A stretch of 38,522 nt of DNA from Thermoplasmata archaeon (GTDB lineage Archaea > Thermoplasmatota > Thermoplasmata > RBG-16-68-12 > JAGMCJ01). Under the pieces are notes generated by a model. It ran no database searches. It was not told the DNA's origin and saw nothing but the letters and a program-made list of their open reading frames with translations. Every line of letters begins with the position of its first letter. Position 1 is the first letter of the stretch. A program made the position numbers and the translations under genes. This document shows, one piece after another, positions 28,477 to 35,301 of this stretch. The DNA lies in assembly GCA_023130895.1 (NCBI GenBank), contig JAGMAI010000030.1, positions 1 to 38,522 on the forward strand, in the 5' to 3' direction.

Positions 28477-28941
28477 CTAGACCAGCTCCGCCGGGAGCCA
28501 TGCCTGAGGCCAATCCTGGAAGTCCAGCGGGATAATGGCCTGTTCGTACTGAGGCCAGTCCTGATCGCTCAGCTCGATGACGAGCTCGCCCCAACCCTGG
28601 GGCCAGTCCTGATAGAAGACGAGCACATAGTCGTCATCCCCAAGCACCGGGATCAGAACCTCTTCTTCCTGCGATGCCGTTCGCAGCAGACCTCTTGCGG
28701 CCTTGGCTCCATCTGGCATCACAATGACAGGGATGTGTATGACATCCGGGTCCGACGTCGACAGGTTGATCGTGACATAGTCCTCGTAAACGTCCTGGAC
28801 CACCATGCCGATGTTCCCGTTGTCGAGGCTGTCAACGGGTACGGCTGTCCAGGCCCCGCCGGACGCTGTGGGTTGAAACGCTAGAGCAATCGATAGTACA
28901 ACGAGTGCAGTTGTTAGCTCCCTCTTCCTCGCCCACATCAC
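28477..28941 (-). CDS. Secreted precursor-like protein with three C-terminal QDWPQ repeats
   Basis: Signal peptide (RKRE, hydrophobic core, TASG); QDWPQ encoded at 28597-28611, 28549-28563 and 28504-28518; minus-strand TATAAATA at about 28963-28970. Confidence 0.75.
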   Translation of the reverse strand: MMWARKRELTTALVVLSIALAFQPTASGGAWTAVPVDSLDNGNIGMVVQDVYEDYVTINLSTSDPDVIHIPVIVMPDGAKAARGLLRTASQEEEVLIPVLGDDDYVLVFYQDWPQGWGELVIELSDQDWPQYEQAIIPLDFQDWPQAWLPAELV

Positions 28942-29164
28942 CCTTTTCTATGTTTGAGGCGGTATTTATAGATATCGAGGTTCGAAACGAGTTCCCTATG
29001 GCCTCCGACACATGATTCTGCTTGTCTGCGCAGTCGAAGTGCAGTCGCGCGAGAAGATCATGAGCGGACTGGACATTAGCCTCATCCTACCGTTTTATGT
29101 CCGTGCTATTATTCCGTATACCGAAAAACGATAACCTTTTATAATGTTCATGAGATTCATGGAT

Positions 29165-29486
29165 GTTGCGGCTTCACGGGAGGTTCAAGTCTTTGCGAGG
29201 AAGCCGCAAGATAGGAGAGGGGTCCGGTAGATGCCTCGCATGATGAGAACTCGGCCAACAAGCTTGCAATCCTTGAGGGAGTCGGTGACGACTCTTTCAG
29301 TCGCTCCCGCGAAGACACCCGCTTTTTTGGACGCAGAGGGTCGAAGACCCTACCAATCCAGTGGGAGTGAATCGGATTCGGGCGCCTTTACCCTCCAATC
29401 TGTGTGTTTGATCCCCGCCCTGACTGGTGATTGCATCCCCAGGATGGCCGACTGAATCTCACCCAAACCGGACCCCTCAGTGTTTT
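29165..29486 (+). ncRNA. Candidate large structured non-coding RNA of unknown class
   Basis: TTTTATAA at 29137; 10-bp hairpin 29166-29175/29200-29209; perfect 12-bp long-range stem 29217-29228/29467-29478 enclosing nested stems. Confidence 0.6.
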
Positions 29487-29544
29487 GCGTCCCTAGCACC
29501 TGTCTAGCAAACGTTTATTTCTCGCGAGAGTTTAACCTCGCACG

Positions 29545-30267
29545 ATGACCGCCCGCCTGGGTATTATCACGGGTTCTAAAATGGAGATATCCCGAATCCT
29601 GGAAGGGACCAGGGAGGAAAGGGTCGGTACGCCCTTTGGCGATCCCTCTTCGTCCGTTCAGATAGGTCTGATCGAGGAGAAGGAGGTCGCCTTCCTGTAC
29701 CGACACGGAGAAAGACACAGGCATCCTCCGCACAGGGTGAACCATCACGCGAACATACACGCCCTTTCGGACGCGGGCGTCACGAGGATCATCGGTGCAT
29801 CTTCAGTCGGCAGCATGAGGCAGGACATACGGCCCATGGATTTCGTCATCCCCTCGGACTTCGTGAGCTTCTGGAACATCCCAACATTCCACGACGAGGA
29901 CGTCGTTCACGTCACTCCCGTTCTCGATCCGGAACTCAGGAAGAGTCTCGTTGATTGCATCAGGGATCTGGGGTACACCGCCCATGATGGCGGTGTCTAC
30001 ATCCAAACAACTGGACCCAGGCTCGAGACCAAGGCCGAGATCCGCATCTTCAAGGAGTTCGGAGACCTGGTGGGCATGACGATGCCGTCCGAAGCCACTC
30101 TGGCGGTGGAGAAGGGCATCGCCTACGCGAGCATATGCTGCGTTGACAACTACTGCCATGGCATGGCGGACGAGGACCTCTCCTACGACGTGATTCTCGA
30201 GCATCAGATGAGGAATGCCGAGAGGCTGTTCAACATCATCACGAGGGTCATCGAGGTGCTTGCTTGA
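29545..30267 (+). CDS. mtnP: MTAP-family purine nucleoside phosphorylase, probably S-methyl-5'-thioinosine phosphorylase
   Basis: TPFG.PS, RHG..H..PPH.VN, GPRLETKAE, VGMT..EA.LA; VDNY (Asn) in place of the adenine-specific TDYD motif. Confidence 0.88.
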   Translation: MTARLGIITGSKMEISRILEGTREERVGTPFGDPSSSVQIGLIEEKEVAFLYRHGERHRHPPHRVNHHANIHALSDAGVTRIIGASSVGSMRQDIRPMDFVIPSDFVSFWNIPTFHDEDVVHVTPVLDPELRKSLVDCIRDLGYTAHDGGVYIQTTGPRLETKAEIRIFKEFGDLVGMTMPSEATLAVEKGIAYASICCVDNYCHGMADEDLSYDVILEHQMRNAERLFNIITRVIEVLA

Positions 30268-31520
30268 GCATTCTCATCGAGGACGTCCTTCTCGATGGAG
30301 ATCGCAAGAACATACGCGTGGAGGGGAACAGGATCACCTCCTTGGATTCGGATGAGGGCGCCGACACGGTGATCCATGGAAATGGAAAGGCCGCCATCCC
30401 CGGGTTTGTGAACACCCACACCCACGCGGCCATGAGCCTTTTTCGTGGATACGCCGACGACATGCCTCTCCAGGACTGGCTGAGCAACAAGATCTGGCCT
30501 CTCGAACGGCACCTGAAACCTGAGCACATATACTGGGGGACCAAGCTCGCGTGCCTGGAGATGATCAAGTCTGGCACAACCTGCTTCAATGACATGTACT
30601 TCTTCATGGAGGAAACCGCCAAGGCTGCTGAGGAGATGGGCATCAGGGCCGTCCTGAGCGAAGGATTCACTGATCTACTGGATCCCGACGCGGGAAAGGA
30701 GAGATTCCAGAGCTCCATCTCCCTGGTTCAGTCGATTCGGTCGATGAGGAACGATATGATCGTCCCCGCCCTCGGACCCCATGCGATGTATACGGTGTCT
30801 CCCGAGAGCCTTCAGATGATTTCAGAATACGCGGAGAAGGAGGACCTTCTGGTCCACTTCCACCTATCCGAGACGGAGGATGAGGTGAACGCGTGCATCG
30901 AGGAGCACGGGAAGAGGCCAGTTGAATTCCTTGAGGAGATAGGATTCCTGAACCCTCGTCTTGTTGCCGCTCACTCTATCTGGCTGAACAAGGAGGAGAT
31001 CGGCCTCCTCAGTAAACACGATGTCAAGGTGTCCCATAATCCCGTTTCAAACATGAAGCTCGCGGTTGGGAAGGCCATACCTTACAGGGAGATGAAGGAA
31101 GCGGGGCTTCTCGTATCTCTGGGGACCGATGGTTGCGCGTCGAACAACACGCTGGACATGTTCGAGACCGTGAAGTTCGCGGCGCTCTATCAGAAGGCGT
31201 TCACGGGGGATCCGACAATCCTTCCCGCCCAAGAGGCGGTCGCCCTGGCAACGGAGAACGGTGCCAGAGCCCTTGGAATCGATGCAGGGAGAATCTCTCC
31301 CGGAAAGCTGGCGGACATCGTCCTCGTCGATTTGAGGGCGCCGCAGCTTCATCCTGGTCACAACCTCGTGTCGGATCTGGCGTACGCTGCGAACGGATCG
31401 TGCGTTGACACCGTGATCTGCGACGGGAAGATACTGATGCAGAACAGAAAGATCGAGGGGGAGGATGAGATACTCGAAAGGGCAAACGAAGCGGCCCTGG
31501 ACCTGGTTGGGAATGAATAG
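30264..31520 (+). CDS. mtaD: 5'-methylthioadenosine/S-adenosylhomocysteine (5'-deoxyadenosine) deaminase
   Basis: PGFVNTHTHAAM, DMYF, PHA.YT, HFHLSET, HNPVSNMKLA, GTDG.ASNN. Confidence 0.9.
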   Translation: MSILIEDVLLDGDRKNIRVEGNRITSLDSDEGADTVIHGNGKAAIPGFVNTHTHAAMSLFRGYADDMPLQDWLSNKIWPLERHLKPEHIYWGTKLACLEMIKSGTTCFNDMYFFMEETAKAAEEMGIRAVLSEGFTDLLDPDAGKERFQSSISLVQSIRSMRNDMIVPALGPHAMYTVSPESLQMISEYAEKEDLLVHFHLSETEDEVNACIEEHGKRPVEFLEEIGFLNPRLVAAHSIWLNKEEIGLLSKHDVKVSHNPVSNMKLAVGKAIPYREMKEAGLLVSLGTDGCASNNTLDMFETVKFAALYQKAFTGDPTILPAQEAVALATENGARALGIDAGRISPGKLADIVLVDLRAPQLHPGHNLVSDLAYAANGSCVDTVICDGKILMQNRKIEGEDEILERANEAALDLVGNE

Positions 31521-31531
31521 GAAGCGATCAT

Positions 31532-32092
31532 ATGTTGGAGAAGCTGAAGAAATCCATGGACGAGTGCCCGGTCGTGAAGTTCGGTGACTATGAGTACTTC
31601 GTGCACCCCATAACAGATGGCATTCCGCTCGGGGACCCTGAGGTCCTGGAGGAAGTGACGGAGGCCATGATCAGTGTGGCGGATCTCGACTGCGACAAGA
31701 TAGTCACAGCGGAGTCGATGGGCTTTCCCCTGGCAGCGTCGCTCTCTCTGGCAACGGGCATCCCATATGTCTTCATCAGGAAGAGGGAATACGGGCTTCC
31801 CGGTGAGATTTCAGTTAAGCAGATTACTGGATACTCGGGCTCGGATATGTTCATCAACTCCATCGACGAAGGAGACAGGGTCGTCTTCGTTGACGATGTC
31901 CTGAGCACGGGCGGGACCCTAAGGGCGATAGTCCAGGCGTTGAGAACTCTCAAGGCGGTTCTGATCGACATCGTGATAGTGTTCAACAAGAACCCGGACA
32001 AGGAGAAGCTCGAGAAGGAATTGGATATGAGAATCCGGACGCTTCTTGACGTTCGTGTGATGGACGGAAAGGTCGTGTTCACTCAGGGCTAA
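31532..32092 (+). CDS. hpt: Archaeal-type hypoxanthine/guanine phosphoribosyltransferase
   Basis: YFVHPITDG, IRKREYGLPGE, QITGYS, PRPP-binding VDDVLSTGGT. Confidence 0.88.
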   Translation: MLEKLKKSMDECPVVKFGDYEYFVHPITDGIPLGDPEVLEEVTEAMISVADLDCDKIVTAESMGFPLAASLSLATGIPYVFIRKREYGLPGEISVKQITGYSGSDMFINSIDEGDRVVFVDDVLSTGGTLRAIVQALRTLKAVLIDIVIVFNKNPDKEKLEKELDMRIRTLLDVRVMDGKVVFTQG

Positions 32093-32142
32093 GAATCCCC
32101 CCTGAAAATGCCTTTCTGTGCATTTGCCAGCTCACTTCGAGC

Positions 32143-32158
32143 TTATCAGTTCTGATAA
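32143..32158. promoter_or_regulatory. Perfect palindromic operator TTATCA-GTTC-TGATAA upstream of the KaiC-like operon
   Basis: 15 bp upstream of CTTAATA (32174). Confidence 0.8.
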
Positions 32159-32215
32159 TCAGTGCGAAATCCACTTAATAGCGTGGCTCAATTCTTTTGA
32201 CTAGGCTGGGTCCTA

Positions 32216-32911
32216 ATGGTATACGAAACTGAAGTAATCGCCATGAGGGACGTCATATCCCAAATGATGAAGACCTCGCAGAACAGGCTCCTAGTGAACA
32301 CTGACAGGGTCTACTTGGCGAAAACCAACCTCATCACGCTTAAGTCCCTTCTAGAGGAGAGAGGGCCCAGAGGAATTTTCTTGTCCATCAACCGGCCCTA
32401 TCACTACATGGCCCACCTGCTGAGGATCCACAAGGTCGACTACGAAGAGATGCTCTTCATCGACGCCGTCTCCAAGATATCTGGGGAGAGGAAGATGGAG
32501 TGGAAGCAGACCACGTTCTTGGACAGCCCGTTCCAGATTCCCAAGATATTCGAGGACCTGCAGCTGATCGGGAAGACCCCGGACGGCTCTACATCCATCA
32601 TCAAGATCATCGAGAGCGACTTCGTGGTGATAGACGACATTTCCGCGATCTTCCACTACAATGAGCTGGGAACCGGAAAGCGCTTCCTGAAGGAGTTCCT
32701 CGATGCTGTCGCGTCCAATCCGAAGTCCTTCACTGCGTTCGCGATTGACCGGGAGACCCAGAGGGATGTCTACGAGTTCCTGGCCGACAGCTCCGACAGA
32801 TTGGTGGACATGGGCAACGCAGCCTTCATGGAGGTTCCCAAGGAGCTCGAGGAAGAGCACGCCCCCATGGCACGCCCGTCAGACGGCGAGGGAGGGATGA
32901 TTCATGAATGA
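32216..32911 (+). CDS. Degenerate KaiC/RecA-fold protein lacking Walker A
   Basis: GIFLSINRPY, FIDAVS, FVVIDDISAIFHYN pattern of inactive RecA-superfamily partners; overlaps the next gene. Confidence 0.7.
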   Translation: MVYETEVIAMRDVISQMMKTSQNRLLVNTDRVYLAKTNLITLKSLLEERGPRGIFLSINRPYHYMAHLLRIHKVDYEEMLFIDAVSKISGERKMEWKQTTFLDSPFQIPKIFEDLQLIGKTPDGSTSIIKIIESDFVVIDDISAIFHYNELGTGKRFLKEFLDAVASNPKSFTAFAIDRETQRDVYEFLADSSDRLVDMGNAAFMEVPKELEEEHAPMARPSDGEGGMIHE

Positions 32912-33587
32912 CGCGATAATAAGACGGTCCAGCGGAACGCCTGGCCTGGATGAGATGATATCTGGAGGTTTCCCATTCCCCTCGGTTCTCCTCGTCGCTG
33001 GGAGTGCCGGGACGGGAAAGACGACGTTCGCTCAGAAGTTCCTCTTCGAGGGTGCCAAGAACGGAGAGCAGTGCATATTCTTCACGACGCTCAGCGAGCC
33101 CACCCAGTGGATGCTGAGATTCTCCTCCCAGTTCGAGTTCGTCGATCCAGAGTACTTCGGCAGGGAAATAATCTATATCGACATAGGGCACGACATAAGG
33201 GAGAGCGGCCCTCATGAGATCCTCGACATCCTGGACGAGAAGATCGCCGCGATCATGCCACAGAGGATAGTCATCGATCCGATCACCGTCGTTTGCGACT
33301 TCATCGAGAACAACTACAGGACATTCCTGTTCGATCTGGTCACCAGGCTGAAGAACTGGGATTGCGTGACGGTCCTGACGGGCGAGGTCGCTCCCGGTCA
33401 GCTTTATCCGCCGGAGATCGCCCATGCAGTGGATGGGATCGTCCTGCTCATGTACACCCATGAAGGCGAGGAGAGACGCAAGTACATCGAGGTCCTCAAG
33501 ATGAGGGGAACGAACCACGTCACCGGAAAGCAGTCAATAGACATCACAACCGAAGAGGGCATAGTCGTCCTCAAATCGAAGTTCTAG
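32904..33587 (+). CDS. Single-domain KaiC/RAD55-family ATPase
   Basis: SGTPGLDEMISGG, Walker A GSAGTGKT, Walker B IVIDP, DGIV, EVLKMRGT. Confidence 0.92.
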   Translation: MNDAIIRRSSGTPGLDEMISGGFPFPSVLLVAGSAGTGKTTFAQKFLFEGAKNGEQCIFFTTLSEPTQWMLRFSSQFEFVDPEYFGREIIYIDIGHDIRESGPHEILDILDEKIAAIMPQRIVIDPITVVCDFIENNYRTFLFDLVTRLKNWDCVTVLTGEVAPGQLYPPEIAHAVDGIVLLMYTHEGEERRKYIEVLKMRGTNHVTGKQSIDITTEEGIVVLKSKF

Positions 33588-33614
33588 CGGGCCTGGGGAG
33601 TGGGCCAGAGGGTC

Positions 33615-33652
33615 ATTATCACACGTGATAATTGGAAAACAAGATGCTTATA
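33615..33652 (+). promoter_or_regulatory. Operator ATTATCA-CACG-TGATAAT plus TATA (CTTATA) driving a short downstream unit
   Basis: Perfect inverted repeat at 33615-33632; TATA at 33647, the same 15-bp gap as the 32143 site. Confidence 0.8.
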
Positions 33653-33674
33653 CTCTGCGCCTGCTGTTTCAGAG

Positions 33675-33762
33675 AGCCAACAGATAACGATGACCCCTCC
33701 TCCGAGGAAAGACGGAGGCCCATTTTCTTGGGACCTTTGCTTTCCTCACCCCCCTTTTTTTT
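33675..33762 (+). ncRNA. Candidate sRNA: CCCCUCCUCC head - hairpin - C6-U8
   Basis: CCCCTCCTCC at 33694; GAGGAAAG/CTTTCCTC stem 33704/33740; T8 at 33755-33762; own operator and TATA; same architecture as the 25893-26013 modules. Confidence 0.6.
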
Positions 33763-33792
33763 CTGTGCAACGGGTGAGGACGGGCTAAGGAG

Positions 33793-33927
33793 CTACTCGA
33801 GATCCTTCTTCCTCGTGTCCTTGAAAACGATGACGTTGAGGCTTATGACCTCTTTTTCTTCGTCCTCCTCCTTTGGAAAAATCACGCTTTTGCCGTTGGG
33901 AAGGATTTTGTGGAATCTTAGTTTCAT
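33793..33927 (-). CDS. Unannotated 44-aa protein MKLRFHKILPNGKSVIFPKEEDEEKEVISLNVIVFKDTRKKDLE
   Basis: Open frame from ATG 33927 to TAG 33793, preceded by minus-strand TTTAAA (33958-33963) and an operator at 33977-33992. Confidence 0.6.
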   Translation of the reverse strand: MKLRFHKILPNGKSVIFPKEEDEEKEVISLNVIVFKDTRKKDLE

Positions 33928-33976
33928 CCTATCAGTTAATCGTAGAGAGCCGGTTTATTTAAACTCAGTCTCACGG

Positions 33977-33992
33977 TTATCGAGAGTGATTC
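33977..33992. promoter_or_regulatory. Operator TTATCG-N4-TGATTC
   Basis: 13 bp upstream of the minus-strand TTTAAA. Confidence 0.6.
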
Positions 33993-33995
33993 TCA

Positions 33996-34334
33996 TCACA
34001 GAATCTCAATCGTCTCCCAATCCTGCGTCACTGCCTGCTCGTCCAGAGTGAGAACGAACTTGAGCTGGATGCCGTTGTCCTCGATGTGAATGTGCCCCTT
34101 GTTGAGGTTTGCCTCGAAGAGCCTCACGACTCTCCCTCGCCGGGTAATGACCCTCTTCCTCACCGACAAGAGCCCCGCCTTCATCAGCAGGTTTATCTTC
34201 CTGTAGCACGAGGCGATCGGGATCGAGTACTTCCCGCAAAGCTCGTACGCAGATCTCGGTGACAGAAACGTGGCAACAAGGATGTGCTTCACGTCATCAT
34301 CGCGCAGCAGTTTCAGCTTCTGATGGATGTTCAT
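33996..34334 (-). CDS. Winged-helix regulator, paralog 2
   Basis: DDDVKHILVAT..PRSA.EL..KYSIPIASCYRKI..L..AGLL; ATG 34334 follows a TATA-like TTATTT at about 34356-34361; degenerate operator TTATCA-N4-AGAGAA at 34379. Confidence 0.85.
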   Translation of the reverse strand: MNIHQKLKLLRDDDVKHILVATFLSPRSAYELCGKYSIPIASCYRKINLLMKAGLLSVRKRVITRRGRVVRLFEANLNKGHIHIEDNGIQLKFVLTLDEQAVTQDWETIEIL

Positions 34335-34406
34335 CAGAGAATGTATTAGCGTGACAAATAATGGCACTTTCGACGATTTTATCAAGAGAGAGAATCAGAA
34401 CGGATA

Positions 34407-34751
34407 CTACTCCTTTGAATCCACTCCCGTCCAGTCCCCGCCGAAGTCCTTGATCACACCGGTGGTCAAGTGGAAGCGGACCCTGAGCCTCCCGCCCTCG
34501 AAGAAAACATAAGCGTTCTTGAGCCTCGAGGTGTAGAGGTTCTTCCTCTTCCCCTTCTGCGTCAGAATACGCTCCACGCATTCCAAGAGCCCTATCTCCT
34601 CAAGGGCCCTGATCTTTCGATAGCAGGCAGCAATGGGTATCCCATATTTCCTGCTTATCTCTTGGGCGCTCAACTTCCTCTTGAAGGTCGCCAAGAGGAT
34701 CTTCGCAGTGTATTCATCCGTCAGCAATTGAGAGGCTTCTAGCGGTGTCAT
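34407..34751 (-). CDS. Winged-helix regulator, paralog 3 (closest to paralog 1)
   Basis: TDEYTAKILLAT...YGIPIAACYRKI...RLRVRFHLTTGVIKDFGGDW. Confidence 0.9.
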   Translation of the reverse strand: MTPLEASQLLTDEYTAKILLATFKRKLSAQEISRKYGIPIAACYRKIRALEEIGLLECVERILTQKGKRKNLYTSRLKNAYVFFEGGRLRVRFHLTTGVIKDFGGDWTGVDSKE

Positions 34752-34841
34752 TTCATACCCTCCCTGATACCCCCTCAGTGAGAAGTATTCAGGTACGGAT
34801 ATAGCTTGTATGACTCTTTGTATTTAAAGACTTTCTTGGGA

Positions 34842-34878
34842 TTATCAGCAAGGAGAACACAATTATCAGGACTGATAG
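34842..34878. promoter_or_regulatory. Tandem operators TTATCA-N4-GGAGAA and TTATCA-N4-TGATAG, 21 bp apart
   Basis: Proximal site is 13 bp upstream of minus-strand TTTAAA (34823-34828). Confidence 0.7.
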
Positions 34879-35220
34879 CTACCTGGTCGGGATGGGGATT
34901 TTGATCCACCTGTTGTTGATGTCCTCGTCGTAGTTGAACTCGAGCCTGATTCTGAAATGCCCTTCCTGGAACATGATGCATGCGCTCTTGAGCTGTGACT
35001 TGTAGAGCTTCATGTTCTTTCCCTTGGAGGTCGTGACGATCTTCTCGACCTCGACCAATCCAGCGTCCTCGAGATCATGCATCTTGCGGTAGCAAGCGGC
35101 TATGGGGATATCGTACTTGTCGCTGATCTCCTGAACTGACCGCGGGTAGAAGTACGTCGCAACAAGAATCCTCTCTGCGTAATCATCAGTCAATAGTCTA
35201 GAGATTGCCTTCTCCCGCAT
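34879..35220 (-). CDS. Winged-helix regulator, paralog 4
   Basis: TDDYAERILVAT..PRSVQEIS.KYDIPIAACYRKM..LE.AGLV; ATG 35220 fits a leaderless start from TATA at about 35244-35249 (alternative ATG 35232). Confidence 0.88.
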   Translation of the reverse strand: MREKAISRLLTDDYAERILVATYFYPRSVQEISDKYDIPIAACYRKMHDLEDAGLVEVEKIVTTSKGKNMKLYKSQLKSACIMFQEGHFRIRLEFNYDEDINNRWIKIPIPTR

Positions 35221-35264
35221 TGCGATACTCATTCTCTACTTGATTTAAGCACATTTCTATGCAA

Positions 35265-35280
35265 TTATCAACGATGATAC
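35265..35280. promoter_or_regulatory. Operator TTATCA-ACGA-TGATAC
   Basis: About 15 bp upstream of minus-strand CTTAAA. Confidence 0.75.
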
Positions 35281-35301
35281 CCATACACCCGCTCTGGGGG
35301 G

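Noticed and set aside
28971-28990. Operator-like ATATCG-N4-TCGAAA upstream of the QDWPQ precursor
   Set aside because: Poor second half-site and wrong distance from TATA; not counted in the regulon.
29231-29455. 74-aa ORF
   Set aside because: No recognisable protein features; it lies wholly within nested base-paired stems better explained as RNA structure.
29165-29486. SRP RNA or RNase P RNA
   Set aside because: Size fits, but the SRP helix-8 motif (CAGG..GGAA..AGCA) and RNase P GAGGAAnnUCC / ACAGAA signatures were not found on either strand.
32904-33587. Cyanobacterial-type circadian KaiC clock
   Set aside because: Single domain, lacks the Ser-Thr phosphosite pair (reads IAHAVDG), and no kaiA/kaiB present.
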